64,000 bases of DNA from an uncultured Gammaproteobacteria bacterium (GTDB lineage: Bacteria; Patescibacteriota; Patescibacteriia; Patescibacteriales; UBA12465), in the NCBI GenBank assembly GCA_964539545.1, contig CAZIJG010000004.1, forward strand, positions 8,054 to 72,053, written 5' to 3'. The translations under genes and the position numbers were made by a program. The notes below the pieces were generated by a model. It searched no databases. It saw nothing but the letters and a program-made list of their open reading frames with translations, and was not told the origin of the DNA. Below, piece by piece: positions 21,102 through 30,735 of this stretch; position 1 is the stretch's first letter, and every line of letters starts with the position of its first letter.

Positions 21102-22082
21102 ATGGCACTCACTTTAGTTTTATTTATTTTAGGATTTGTCTTCTTAGTAAAAGGGGCTGATTTGTTGGTGGATGGTTCATCTTCCATAGCAAAAAAATAT
21201 GGTCTATCCTCTATAATGATTGGCTTGACTATTGTGGCGTTTGGCACCTCTTTGCCAGAATTAATTGTTAGTGTTATTGCTGCCACCGGCGGTAGCTCAG
21301 ATATAGCAATTGGTAGTATTATAGGTTCTAATTTTTCTAATACTTTGCTAATTTTAGGTATAACTGCCCTAGTAACCCCGTTAGTAATTAAGAAGAGTAC
21401 AGTTAATAAAGAGATACCTTTGTCATTATTAGCTATTTTTGCTGTAGGGATTCTAGTTAATGACTTGATACTGAACGGGATTAGTCCCAATGGCCTAGCC
21501 AGAATTGATGGTTTAATTTTATTATTATTTTTTGTGATTTTCATTTATTATACCTTTGGTCTTAGTCGAGAAAAGAAAAATAAATTGCCTAATTTGAAGT
21601 TAATTGAAGACAGAGAGATAAAGAAACATAATAATTGGCTATCAGCAGGAATGATTGTTGTCGGTTTAGTCGGTTTATATTTTGGTGGTATATGGATTGT
21701 AGATGGTGCAACTGAGATTGCTAGATTGTTTGGTTTGAGTGAGGTTTTGATTGGATTAACCATTGTGGCGGTCGGTACATCATTACCCGAACTGGCAGCT
21801 TCGATCATGGCAGCTAGAAAAGGACAGATGGATATGGCTATGGGTAATGTAATTGGCTCTAATATTTTTAATCTGTTATGGATACTAGGTCTTAGTGCTT
21901 CAATATTTCCAATTAGTTATAATCCAGCTTTAAATATCGATATAATAATATTAATAGCTATAACTATATTACTATTTCCATTAATATATGGTGGTCGTAA
22001 GAATGTTTTAACGAAAAAAGAAGGAGCCATTCTTCTAGTTTTATATTTAGCCTATCTAGTCTTTGTAGCTATTAGAGGATAA
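21102..22082 (+). CDS. Ca2+/Na+ antiporter (CaCA / YrbG family), copy 2
   Basis: GTSLPELIVS and GTSLPELAAS alpha-repeats; MALTLVLF start at ATG 21102. Confidence 0.8.
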   Translation: MALTLVLFILGFVFLVKGADLLVDGSSSIAKKYGLSSIMIGLTIVAFGTSLPELIVSVIAATGGSSDIAIGSIIGSNFSNTLLILGITALVTPLVIKKSTVNKEIPLSLLAIFAVGILVNDLILNGISPNGLARIDGLILLLFFVIFIYYTFGLSREKKNKLPNLKLIEDREIKKHNNWLSAGMIVVGLVGLYFGGIWIVDGATEIARLFGLSEVLIGLTIVAVGTSLPELAASIMAARKGQMDMAMGNVIGSNIFNLLWILGLSASIFPISYNPALNIDIIILIAITILLFPLIYGGRKNVLTKKEGAILLVLYLAYLVFVAIRG

Positions 22083-22087
22083 AATTT

Positions 22088-22921
22088 ATGTATAAAAAAA
22101 CAACAGCTGAAATAGAAGTTTTGCGTCAGGGGGGTCGTTTATTGGCGCAAATTTTAAAAGAAACAACAGACATGGTTAAGCCAGGTGTGACAACTGGAGA
22201 GTTAGAAGAATATGTCTGTGAGCGAATAGCTGAGGTTGGAGGGCGTCCAGCTTTTAAGGGTTATGGACTAGCCACTGATCCAGTTTTTCCTACAGCATTA
22301 TGTACTTCAGTTAATCAAGAAATAGTTCATGCCCCAGCTTTACCAGCCAGAGAATTAAAAAATGGAGATATTATTGGCGTTGACGTGGGCATGGAATGGC
22401 CATATAAAAATACTGGTAAATTAGATGGCAAAAATATTCCGGTAAATCCTTATAGCGAAGGAGGCGGTTATTATACCGATATGTCTAGGACTGTAGCTGT
22501 GGGTAAAATTAGCATGGAGGCTAAGAAGCTAATGAAAATTACTAGACAATGTTTAGATGCGGCGACTAAACAAGTTAAGCCAGGTAATACGGTTAATGAT
22601 ATCGGTAGCACAATCGAAAAGATTGCTGAAAAAGAAGGTTATGGAGTTGTTAGAGATTTAGTTGGTCACGGAGTTGGGTATAAGGTTCACGAGAAACCAG
22701 ATATATTTAATTATGGTATTGGATCAAGTCATCCTCAGAATATAGTTTTAGAAGTTGGCATGGTAATAGCTATTGAGCCAATGATTAATTTAGGAGATTG
22801 GAGAATTAAAACAGGTAATGATGGTATAAGTATTGAAACCGCGGACGATAGTTTAAGTGCTCACTATGAAAATACCATAGCGATAACAGAGAAGGGACCA
22901 TTAATTATAACCGAGGTATGA
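22088..22921 (+). CDS. map: methionine aminopeptidase type I
   Basis: GHGVG, AIEPM and pita-bread fold pattern (DIIGVDVG...HYENTIAIT). Confidence 0.9.
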   Translation: MYKKTTAEIEVLRQGGRLLAQILKETTDMVKPGVTTGELEEYVCERIAEVGGRPAFKGYGLATDPVFPTALCTSVNQEIVHAPALPARELKNGDIIGVDVGMEWPYKNTGKLDGKNIPVNPYSEGGGYYTDMSRTVAVGKISMEAKKLMKITRQCLDAATKQVKPGNTVNDIGSTIEKIAEKEGYGVVRDLVGHGVGYKVHEKPDIFNYGIGSSHPQNIVLEVGMVIAIEPMINLGDWRIKTGNDGISIETADDSLSAHYENTIAITEKGPLIITEV

Positions 22922-23304
22922 TCGATAAAGAGAAAAAATATTTAGCCATAGATTGGGGAGAAAAACGTTTGGGGTTAGCAGTTGGACAGCTAGAACCAAA
23001 TTTAGCTGTGCCTTTAAAAACAGTAGCTAATCTTAGCGAAGTATTAGCTGTTATTATAGAAGAAGAAGTGGATGAAATTGTTCTGGGTCAGCCTATTTCT
23101 ATGTCAGGCAAAGAAAACTTTTCAGATAACTTTCTTTATTTCAAAAAACTTTTAACAGAAAAGGCAAATATCCCAATTCATTTAGTTGATGAAAGATTGA
23201 GTTCTAAAGCGGCTGACAAGCTTCTAATTTCAAAAAAACTTGGAGTTAGAGATGAGTTAGCTGCTATGGTAATTTTAGAAACTTTTTTAAATTTAAATGA
23301 CTAA
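22918..23304 (+). CDS. ruvX: putative pre-16S rRNA nuclease / Holliday junction resolvase-like YqgF
   Basis: LAIDWGEKRLGLAV N-terminus, DERLSSKAA motif. Confidence 0.8.
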   Translation: MIDKEKKYLAIDWGEKRLGLAVGQLEPNLAVPLKTVANLSEVLAVIIEEEVDEIVLGQPISMSGKENFSDNFLYFKKLLTEKANIPIHLVDERLSSKAADKLLISKKLGVRDELAAMVILETFLNLND

Positions 23305-24037
23305 GGGTTCTACTTTTTTAATTCAAGCAATAATTTTAAAAAATCAACCCTGGCGAGAACATGATAGCCAAGTGGTTGTTTTTAGTAATGAGGAGGGAAA
23401 GTTGAAATTAAATGTTCGAGGAGCTATGAGGAGTAGTTCCAAGCTAGTTGGTCATTTGCAACCGTTTACTTTATCTGAGCTAATGATAATTAAAGGTAAG
23501 TCTAGTGAATATGTGGGTGGAGCTATGAATAGTTCGGCTCATTGGAATTTGCGACAAGGATTTAATAAAATGCGATTGACTGGTAAATTATTTAATTTAT
23601 TTCATAAGTTAGTAAGAAATAATCAGCCAGATAATGATTTATTTTTTCTGCTTAAAAGTTTTTTAACTGAATTAGATAAAACTGTAAAAGATTTAGATGA
23701 GGAATTATATCAATTATATTATTTAGCTTTCTTTTGGAAATTAATAACTATTCTAGGCTATGGTCCAGAATTATACACTTGTAATTATTGTAAAAAGGTC
23801 ATTACCGAAAAAAAGAATTTTTTTCAATTAGATAAAGCTTCGGTAATATGTGGAGCTGAGATAGTTGATGAATATTCTTTACCCGCGTCAGCAGATACTA
23901 TTAGAATTATGAGATTTTTGATCAATTCAGATTTTAATAAGATTAAAAATTTAAAAGTTAGACCCACCCATTTAAAAGAAGCTGTTAAAATTGCTAAAAA
24001 ATTCTTGCTTTATCATTTTGAGGATTATTTAAGGTAA
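23297..24037 (+). CDS. recO: DNA repair protein RecO
   Basis: OB-fold N-terminus (ILKNQPWREHDSQVVVFS) and CxxC (CNYCKK) zinc motif. Confidence 0.7.
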   Translation: MTKGSTFLIQAIILKNQPWREHDSQVVVFSNEEGKLKLNVRGAMRSSSKLVGHLQPFTLSELMIIKGKSSEYVGGAMNSSAHWNLRQGFNKMRLTGKLFNLFHKLVRNNQPDNDLFFLLKSFLTELDKTVKDLDEELYQLYYLAFFWKLITILGYGPELYTCNYCKKVITEKKNFFQLDKASVICGAEIVDEYSLPASADTIRIMRFLINSDFNKIKNLKVRPTHLKEAVKIAKKFLLYHFEDYLR

Positions 24038-24118
24038 GTGGAACTAGATTTAATGGTTATTCTTGCCAAAGGGTATAAAAACAGATAGTATATTTAAGTA
24101 AGTATTTATTATTATTTT

Positions 24119-25906
24119 ATGTTAAGAACACACGATTTAGGACAAATAAATAAAGAATTAGTGGGTGAGACAGTTACCATAACTGGTTGGGTACATTATC
24201 GCAGAGATCATGGAGGTTTAATTTTTTTAGATTTGCGAGACCACTACGGTTTAGTGCAGGTAAAGTTAGATAAGGATATTAATCAAGATGCCTTGAATGA
24301 AGCAGAAAAGCTTAGACATGAATGGGTGGTGCAAGTGGAGGGGGAAGTAGTGGCTAGACCTAGAGAGATGATAAATAAAGACTTGGCCAGTGGAGAGGTT
24401 GAAGTAGAAGCAATGAAATTAGTAGTGTTAAATCCATCTGACACATTACCTTTTGAGATTAGCGAACTAAAAGCTAGTGAGGCCAATGAAGCTTTGCGTT
24501 TGGAGTATCGTTTTTTAGATTTACGTAGAGACAAATTACAACAACTTTTAAAGACTAAAGCTGAGTTTATTGAGCATTTTAGAGCTTATTTTAGAGCTAA
24601 AGGCTTTTTAGAGATTCAGACACCAATATTAGCTAGTTCATCTCCAGAGGGCGCTAGAGACTTCCTAGTGCCTTCTAGACTGTATTCTGGTAAGTTTTAT
24701 GCTTTGCCACAAGCGCCTCAACAATTCAAACAATTGTTAATGGTTGGTGGCATAGATAAGTACTTTCAAGTTGCTCCTTGTTTTCGAGATGAGGATCCTC
24801 GTCAGGATAGACATTATGGAGAGTTTTATCAATTAGACATGGAAATGAGTTTTGTAGAGTTAGATGATATTTTTCAAATTATGGAGCCAGTAATGATTTC
24901 TTCCGTTGAGAAGTTTAGTAATAAGAAAAATATTAATTTAACCAAGGGAGATAGATTCATCCAGATTTCTTGGAAAGAAGCTATTGATAAATATGGTATT
25001 GATAAACCAGATTTACGCTATGGTTTAGAATTACAAGAGTTAAGCGATGTAGTTAAGGATTCAGAATTTAAAGTATTTTCCGACGTTCTAAAGAATGGTG
25101 GCGTAGTTAAGGCAATTGTTGTACCGCAGGCAGAAAAGTTTACTCGTAAGATAATTGATGAATTAACTGATTTAGCCAAGCAGAGAGGAGCTAGAGGTTT
25201 AGCCTATATTATTGTTAAAGACGATGGGCTTCAATCTCCAATCGTTAAATTTTTAGGAGAAGAAAAGGCCCAAGAGATTGTTAAGACTCTAGGAGCTAAG
25301 GCCGGCGAGATTATCTTCTTTGCTGCTGATAAATGGCGAATAGCTTGTGAGACTTTGGGAGTAATTAGAGTTCAATGTGCTGATATGTTAGAGCTGAAAG
25401 ATAATACAGTGGCCACCTGGTGTTGGATCGTAGATTTCCCAATGTATGATTATTCTGAAATTGAAGAAGATAGAATAGACTTTAGTCATAATCCATTTTC
25501 TATGCCTCAGGGCGGATTAGAAACTCTAAATAATACAGATCCTTTAGATATCTTAGCTTATCAGTTTGATTTAATCTTGAATGGCTTTGAGATTTCTAGT
25601 GGTGGTATTCGTAATCATTCACCAGAGATCATGTATCGAGCTTTCGAAATCGCTGGATATAGTAAAGAGGAGGTAGATAAGAAATTTGGTGCTATGATTA
25701 AAGCTTTCTCATTTGGCGCTCCACCCCATGGTGGAAATGCTCCAGGGTTAGATAGGCTATTAATGGTATTGCAAGATTTAAATTCTATTCGTGATATCTA
25801 TGCTTTCCCTAAGGATGGCCAAGGCAGAGATTTAATGACTCAAAGTCCTAGCGAAGTAGATGATAGCGTTATCAAGGACTTACATATTAAAATAGACAAA
25901 AAATAA
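24119..25906 (+). CDS. aspS: aspartyl-tRNA synthetase (bacterial type, with insertion domain)
   Basis: [25 protein letters not shown] and GLDRL class IIb motifs. Confidence 0.95.
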   Translation: MLRTHDLGQINKELVGETVTITGWVHYRRDHGGLIFLDLRDHYGLVQVKLDKDINQDALNEAEKLRHEWVVQVEGEVVARPREMINKDLASGEVEVEAMKLVVLNPSDTLPFEISELKASEANEALRLEYRFLDLRRDKLQQLLKTKAEFIEHFRAYFRAKGFLEIQTPILASSSPEGARDFLVPSRLYSGKFYALPQAPQQFKQLLMVGGIDKYFQVAPCFRDEDPRQDRHYGEFYQLDMEMSFVELDDIFQIMEPVMISSVEKFSNKKNINLTKGDRFIQISWKEAIDKYGIDKPDLRYGLELQELSDVVKDSEFKVFSDVLKNGGVVKAIVVPQAEKFTRKIIDELTDLAKQRGARGLAYIIVKDDGLQSPIVKFLGEEKAQEIVKTLGAKAGEIIFFAADKWRIACETLGVIRVQCADMLELKDNTVATWCWIVDFPMYDYSEIEEDRIDFSHNPFSMPQGGLETLNNTDPLDILAYQFDLILNGFEISSGGIRNHSPEIMYRAFEIAGYSKEEVDKKFGAMIKAFSFGAPPHGGNAPGLDRLLMVLQDLNSIRDIYAFPKDGQGRDLMTQSPSEVDDSVIKDLHIKIDKK

Positions 25907-25910
25907 CGAT

Positions 25911-27302
25911 ATGACAGAAGTATTAATTAAAGATTTGTACAGAGGAACTGATAAATATTTAAATCAGGAAGTTAAAATTTCTGGTTGGGTGAGAACGGTT
26001 AGATCTTCTAAGGATTTTGGTTTTATTGAAGTTAACGATGGGTCTTTCTTTAGGGGTCTTCAGGCAGTTTTTGAACAGGGAATAGACAACTTTAATGAAT
26101 TAGCTAAGTTGACTGTTGGTTCTTCTTTGGAAATAATTGGTAATCTGGTTGAATCTCCAGCCCAGGGTCAAGATTTTGAACTAAAGTTAAGCAAGGCTAG
26201 GATAATCCAGTTGGCTGATAGCAATTTTCCTTTACAGAAGAAGCGCCATAGTTTTGAATTCTTACGTACTATTTCACATTTAAGATCACGTAGTAATACT
26301 TTCTCAGCTGTTTTTAGGTTACGTTCTGTATTAAGTCAGGCAACCCATAGATTCTTTACTGAGAAAGGGTTTGTTTATGTCCAGACACCAATCATATCTG
26401 CTAGTGATTGTGAAGGCGCAGGAGAAATGTTTAAAGTGACTACTTTAGATTTAGATAAAGTGCCTCAGACTAAAGAAGGAGAGGTAGACTATAGTAGAGA
26501 TTTTTTTGGCAAGAAAGCTGGTTTAACGGTTAGCGGTCAATTAAATGCCGAAGCTATGATTATGGGCTTGAGAAAAGTGTATACTTTTGGGCCAACTTTT
26601 AGAGCGGAGAATTCTAATACTCCTAGGCATGCTAGTGAATTTTGGATGACGGAGCCAGAAGTGGCCTTCAATGATTTAAATGATAATATGGATTTAGCGG
26701 AAGAGATGGTTAAATATTTATTGAAAACAGTTTTAGAGGAATTGCCAGAAGAAATGGAATTTTTTAATAAGTTTATTGATAAGGAATTAAAAGATAGATT
26801 AGAAAAGATTATTAAAACTGATTTTAAGCGAATTACTTATACAGAGGCTATTGAGATATTAGAGAAATCAGATAAGAAATTCGAATATCCCGTTAGGTGG
26901 GGGATTGATCTGCAGACTGAACATGAGAGATATTTAGCTGAGGAAGTATTTGATTCTCCGGTTTTTGTTACCGATTATCCTAAAGACATCAAAGCTTTCT
27001 ATATGCGAGTTAATGATGATGGAAAAACAGTGGCGGCTATGGATCTATTAGTACCTAAGATTGGCGAAATTATTGGAGGTAGTCAAAGAGAAGAACGTTA
27101 TGATATTCTATTAGAACGAATGAAAGAAATGGGATTAGATGAGAAAGAATATTGGTGGTATTTAGATTTAAGAAAATATGGTAGTGTTCCACATGCTGGT
27201 TTTGGCCTAGGATTTGAAAGACTAGTTATGTATCTAAGTGGCATGGCTAATATCCGTGATGTTATCCCATTTGCTAGAGTGCCAAAGAGCGCAGATTTTT
27301 AA
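25911..27302 (+). CDS. asnS: asparaginyl-tRNA synthetase
   Basis: [36 protein letters not shown] motifs. Confidence 0.93.
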   Translation: MTEVLIKDLYRGTDKYLNQEVKISGWVRTVRSSKDFGFIEVNDGSFFRGLQAVFEQGIDNFNELAKLTVGSSLEIIGNLVESPAQGQDFELKLSKARIIQLADSNFPLQKKRHSFEFLRTISHLRSRSNTFSAVFRLRSVLSQATHRFFTEKGFVYVQTPIISASDCEGAGEMFKVTTLDLDKVPQTKEGEVDYSRDFFGKKAGLTVSGQLNAEAMIMGLRKVYTFGPTFRAENSNTPRHASEFWMTEPEVAFNDLNDNMDLAEEMVKYLLKTVLEELPEEMEFFNKFIDKELKDRLEKIIKTDFKRITYTEAIEILEKSDKKFEYPVRWGIDLQTEHERYLAEEVFDSPVFVTDYPKDIKAFYMRVNDDGKTVAAMDLLVPKIGEIIGGSQREERYDILLERMKEMGLDEKEYWWYLDLRKYGSVPHAGFGLGFERLVMYLSGMANIRDVIPFARVPKSADF

Positions 27303-27329
27303 TTCGATATATGAGACTTTAAGATTTTA

Positions 27330-27359
27330 AAACCGACTTATTGAAAGTTGGTTTTTTTT
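27330..27359 (+). terminator. rho-independent terminator after asnS
   Basis: AACCGACTT/AAGTTGGTT stem plus T8. Confidence 0.7.
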
Positions 27360-27422
27360 GTAAAACTTATTGACAAAATTTTTTAGATGATTTATTATAT
27401 TAAAATACTTTAATTAACTAAA

Positions 27423-27719
27423 GTGATGGATACAAAACATAAATTATCGCCAAAGACTCAAGAACTTTATCAGGCGATTTTAAAATTAGAAAGTTTAGAG
27501 GAGGCTAAGCGATTTTTTCGCGATCTATTAACCGAGGCGGAAATTGAAGAGTTTGGCAACCGCTGGATAGCCGCTCAGAGATTATCAGACAAAGTGTCTT
27601 ATTTAAAGATTGCCGAGGAGACTGGGCTTAGCTCAGCTACCATAGCCAGAATTTCTAAATGGTTGACTCAGGGTATGGGAGGCTATGGGGCTATGATTAA
27701 CAAAATAAAGAAAAAATAA
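27423..27719 (+). CDS. TrpR-like YerC/YecD family DNA-binding protein
   Basis: FRDLLTEAEIEEFGNRW...SYLKIAEETGLSSATIARISKWL. Confidence 0.7.
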   Translation: MMDTKHKLSPKTQELYQAILKLESLEEAKRFFRDLLTEAEIEEFGNRWIAAQRLSDKVSYLKIAEETGLSSATIARISKWLTQGMGGYGAMINKIKKK

Positions 27720-27725
27720 TTTTAT

Positions 27726-28490
27726 ATGCGAGAACTAATTTATATAACTACTGCTGCCGGAGGCAATGCCACGGCTATACAGATTCTAGAAGAAGCTTTG
27801 GACGGGAAGGAATATGCCAGAAAGGGAAAAAAGTTAATTGATGAATTTCAAAATTTTCAGGTTGAGCAGGCAGGATTTTTAATTCCCAAAGACAAACATT
27901 TTGAAATGTCTGGTGGAGAATTTTGCGGTAATACAGCGGGAGCAGCTGCTATTTTGCTAGGTAATACCTTTGAAAAACAAGAAATTGATTTTACTATGTC
28001 TGGTTTTGAAGGTGATATTACAGGTTGTTTTAATAATATAAGAACTAATAAATATTCAGTTAAATGTGTTTTTCCCAATTTATCTTTGGATATTGAACAA
28101 ATAGACGATAACATGTATTTAGCGGATATGGGTGGAATTATCTATGTAGTTATAAAAGGTAAAACTCCTACAGGTTGCGAAACTTTCCATCGTAGATTGA
28201 TTCGTAGATTGAATTTAGAAGATCGTAAGGCGGTTGGAGCAGTTTGGGTGCAAAACGACGGTGACGCTGTTAAGATAGATCCGGTAGTGTGGGTGAAAGA
28301 GATAGATAGCTTATTTTATGAGACTTCTTGCGGATCAGGCTCAATCGCCGTAGCTAAAGTTATGAATAAAGCTAATATTATTCAGCCTACTGGAAAAGTA
28401 ATAAAAATATTTTTTGAAGGTCAAGATGTAGTGGTAAATAGCGAGATTCAAATATTACACAAGAAACACATTGAAAGGTTAGAGGATTGA
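27726..28490 (+). CDS. DapF-fold PLP-independent epimerase/racemase-like protein
   Basis: Two pseudo-symmetric Cys motifs, GGEFCGNTAGAAA and ETSCGSGSIAVA, resembling the DapF catalytic cysteines. Confidence 0.5.
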   Translation: MRELIYITTAAGGNATAIQILEEALDGKEYARKGKKLIDEFQNFQVEQAGFLIPKDKHFEMSGGEFCGNTAGAAAILLGNTFEKQEIDFTMSGFEGDITGCFNNIRTNKYSVKCVFPNLSLDIEQIDDNMYLADMGGIIYVVIKGKTPTGCETFHRRLIRRLNLEDRKAVGAVWVQNDGDAVKIDPVVWVKEIDSLFYETSCGSGSIAVAKVMNKANIIQPTGKVIKIFFEGQDVVVNSEIQILHKKHIERLED

Positions 28491-28573
28491 CAATAGAGTT
28501 AACCTATGCCTATAATCTATAATACATATTTAATTATATTCACTGATCTTTAAATTTATAAAAGGAGAGAACC

Positions 28574-29476
28574 ATGGGAATTAAAAATTCAAAAAAAGGA
28601 AAAACATTGCCGGGCAATTATGTAGTATCGTCAGATATTGAAATATTGTTGGGAAAATGGGCCAAAGAAAGGCAATTAAAATTACCGGATTCAGATTTTT
28701 TTGCGCAGATTAGGCGTGAATTTGAAACCTACATGAAGACTATTTTTGCGGGGTTTCATTTAATTCCGGAAGATGCTATCCGAATAGGAATAAACAAAAT
28801 TGTAAAAGAAAGTGGTTTAGTACCGGTTTCTCTAGATAGAGTTTATTTTGATAACGGAGGTGTCCATTTTGACGTTACCCGGATGGTTGACGAGGATGGT
28901 AATGATATTGGGATAGGTCCTCGTCATCAGGGAGAAAGTATGATTCAACAAACCGATAAATTAGATGTTATTGGTAATAAAGGTATTGTACTTGTAGATG
29001 ATGTTATCTTTTCCGGTGACCTGCTAGTAGCAGTTACCAGGTTTCTAACGAAACATGGTTACAAAATTGAATTGATCTGCGCTGGAGTGGCCATTCGCCA
29101 AGGAGTTGATAAACTAAAGGCTCTTGGGTACAAGGTAGAAGCAGGTATGACCTATGAACATGTTATTGATGAAGTCTGTGAAAGAGACTTTTATCCAGGA
29201 GTTCCATTTTCAGGAAGACTTTTAGATAATCTTAATAACATCGGAGTGCCTTACCTTTTACCATTCGGTAAACTTGATATCTGGGCGTCCATTCCGTTGG
29301 AATATACCATTGATCTTTCAAAATTCTGTATAAAACAGACCATCAGAATTTTTACGGCTATTGAGAAGGCGTCAAATAAAGAAATCTTATGTGGAGATTT
29401 GGACAGAGGAGTAATAGGTTATTTACCAATGCAAAGATTTGTTGCTGCTTTAGAAAAGAGTATGAAAGAGTTGTAA
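28574..29476 (+). CDS. type I phosphoribosyltransferase-domain protein, function unknown
   Basis: PRPP-loop-like IVLVDDVIFSGD; strong SD AAAGGAGAG upstream. Confidence 0.5.
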   Translation: MGIKNSKKGKTLPGNYVVSSDIEILLGKWAKERQLKLPDSDFFAQIRREFETYMKTIFAGFHLIPEDAIRIGINKIVKESGLVPVSLDRVYFDNGGVHFDVTRMVDEDGNDIGIGPRHQGESMIQQTDKLDVIGNKGIVLVDDVIFSGDLLVAVTRFLTKHGYKIELICAGVAIRQGVDKLKALGYKVEAGMTYEHVIDEVCERDFYPGVPFSGRLLDNLNNIGVPYLLPFGKLDIWASIPLEYTIDLSKFCIKQTIRIFTAIEKASNKEILCGDLDRGVIGYLPMQRFVAALEKSMKEL

Positions 29477-29497
29477 AGTAAAACTTTATAATTTCAA

Positions 29498-29524
29498 AAC
29501 CGGCTTAGTAAAAGTCGGTTTTTA
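29498..29524 (+). terminator. rho-independent terminator
   Basis: AACCGGCTT/AAGTCGGTT stem plus T run. Confidence 0.7.
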
Positions 29525-29598
29525 TTTTGTCATTGACTTTTATATTAAATAATGTTATGTTAATATAATTGTTTTATTGTTCATTAAAACCTATAGTC

Positions 29599-30414
29599 AT
29601 GAATAAACTACTTATTTTGTCTGATTTAGACAAGACCATCATTGATAGAAATTATAAATTAACAGCTAAAATATCCGATTTCCTTAGTGTGATAAAGAGA
29701 GCACAGAATAAAGGGCATTTAGTCGGACTTCATTCTGATACACCTTTGTCAGTTCTTGTGGAATGGGCAAATAAATTTAATATGAATGGCCCAATAATTG
29801 GAGAAAATGGTTCTGTGGCGCGGATTTCCAAAGCAATCGAACCCATAACTATTGCACCTAAAGACAGGAGTATTCGTTGGAAGGCTCTGAGAAGAGAAAT
29901 CAGTTTTTTTCTGGTTAGTAATGGATATTTGGTGGTTGATACCAATGATTATCTTGGCTATTTAGAACAGAAGTATCCCGCTAAAGCCGGAGAGAAGATG
30001 ATAATAGTTAATGGTTGTCGAGAGCATAGTTTAGCTTACTATGTCCGTTCTGTTATTACTGACGGGTCTCTTGTTAAGGACGTGCTACTATTTAAAAAAG
30101 TAAATGATCTGGTTTTAAAGAAGTTTCCACTTTTAAAGGATACTGATCAAGATTTAAACCCGGATTATACCCTTAGTATCTTTGTTTCCAAGGGAGCAAA
30201 TAAGGCCAATGCGATGCCAGTTCTACGTAGTTATTTCCCCAATCATAAAATAATTATGATCGGTGACGGTACTGGAGATATTGTTATGCATGACAATGTA
30301 GATGCTCTATATGCTGTTAGTAACGCTGTATCAGGGTTGAAATCTGTTGCTGATAAAGTAGCAATACGGGCTGTAACAGAAGGTGTTATCGAAATTATTA
30401 ATGATATCATTTAG
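29599..30414 (+). CDS. HAD-superfamily (IIB-like) phosphatase
   Basis: DxDxT (LSDLDKTIID) and GDGTGD motifs; MNKLLIL start at ATG 29599. Confidence 0.7.
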   Translation: MNKLLILSDLDKTIIDRNYKLTAKISDFLSVIKRAQNKGHLVGLHSDTPLSVLVEWANKFNMNGPIIGENGSVARISKAIEPITIAPKDRSIRWKALRREISFFLVSNGYLVVDTNDYLGYLEQKYPAKAGEKMIIVNGCREHSLAYYVRSVITDGSLVKDVLLFKKVNDLVLKKFPLLKDTDQDLNPDYTLSIFVSKGANKANAMPVLRSYFPNHKIIMIGDGTGDIVMHDNVDALYAVSNAVSGLKSVADKVAIRAVTEGVIEIINDII

Positions 30415-30433
30415 AAAAAAAAGCTTAAAATAT

Positions 30434-30462
30434 AACAGGGTTCTTTATAACCCTGTTTTTTT
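30434..30462 (+). terminator. rho-independent terminator
   Basis: AACAGGGTT/AACCCTGTT stem plus T7. Confidence 0.8.
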
Positions 30463-30463
30463 C

Positions 30464-30492
30464 TTGACAGAATTTAAAATTTAACATAGTAT
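30464..30492 (+). promoter_or_regulatory. candidate promoter of tRNA-His
   Basis: TTGACA (30464-30469), 17 nt, TAGTAT (30487-30492). Confidence 0.55.
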
Positions 30493-30533
30493 TAATGAAA
30501 CCTATCAGTCCTTTCTAAAAAATAAAAAAATTC

Positions 30534-30610
30534 GGGCGTGTAGCTCAGTTGGCTAGAGCAGCGGATTGTGGATCCGCGGGTCGTCGGTTCGATCCCGATC
30601 GCGCCTACCA
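30534..30610 (+). tRNA. tRNA-His (GTG), CCA encoded, no encoded G-1, A73
   Basis: Hand-folded cloverleaf: acceptor GGGCGTG/CGCGCCT, D arm GCTC..GAGC, anticodon arm GCGGA-TTGTGGA-TCCGC, T arm GTCGG-TTCGATC-CCGAT, then ACCA. Confidence 0.85.
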
Positions 30611-30639
30611 AACCCAGTTATTTATAGCTGGGTTTTTTA
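30611..30639 (+). terminator. terminator after tRNA-His
   Basis: CCCAG/CTGGG stem plus T6. Confidence 0.7.
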
Positions 30640-30735
30640 TTGTCTACAACTTGACACCAGGGGGCTAATTGTCGTAAGATTGTATGAAAACTAGTACATT
30701 AAAATTTAATAATATAATAAAAGAGGAGGTGTAAG

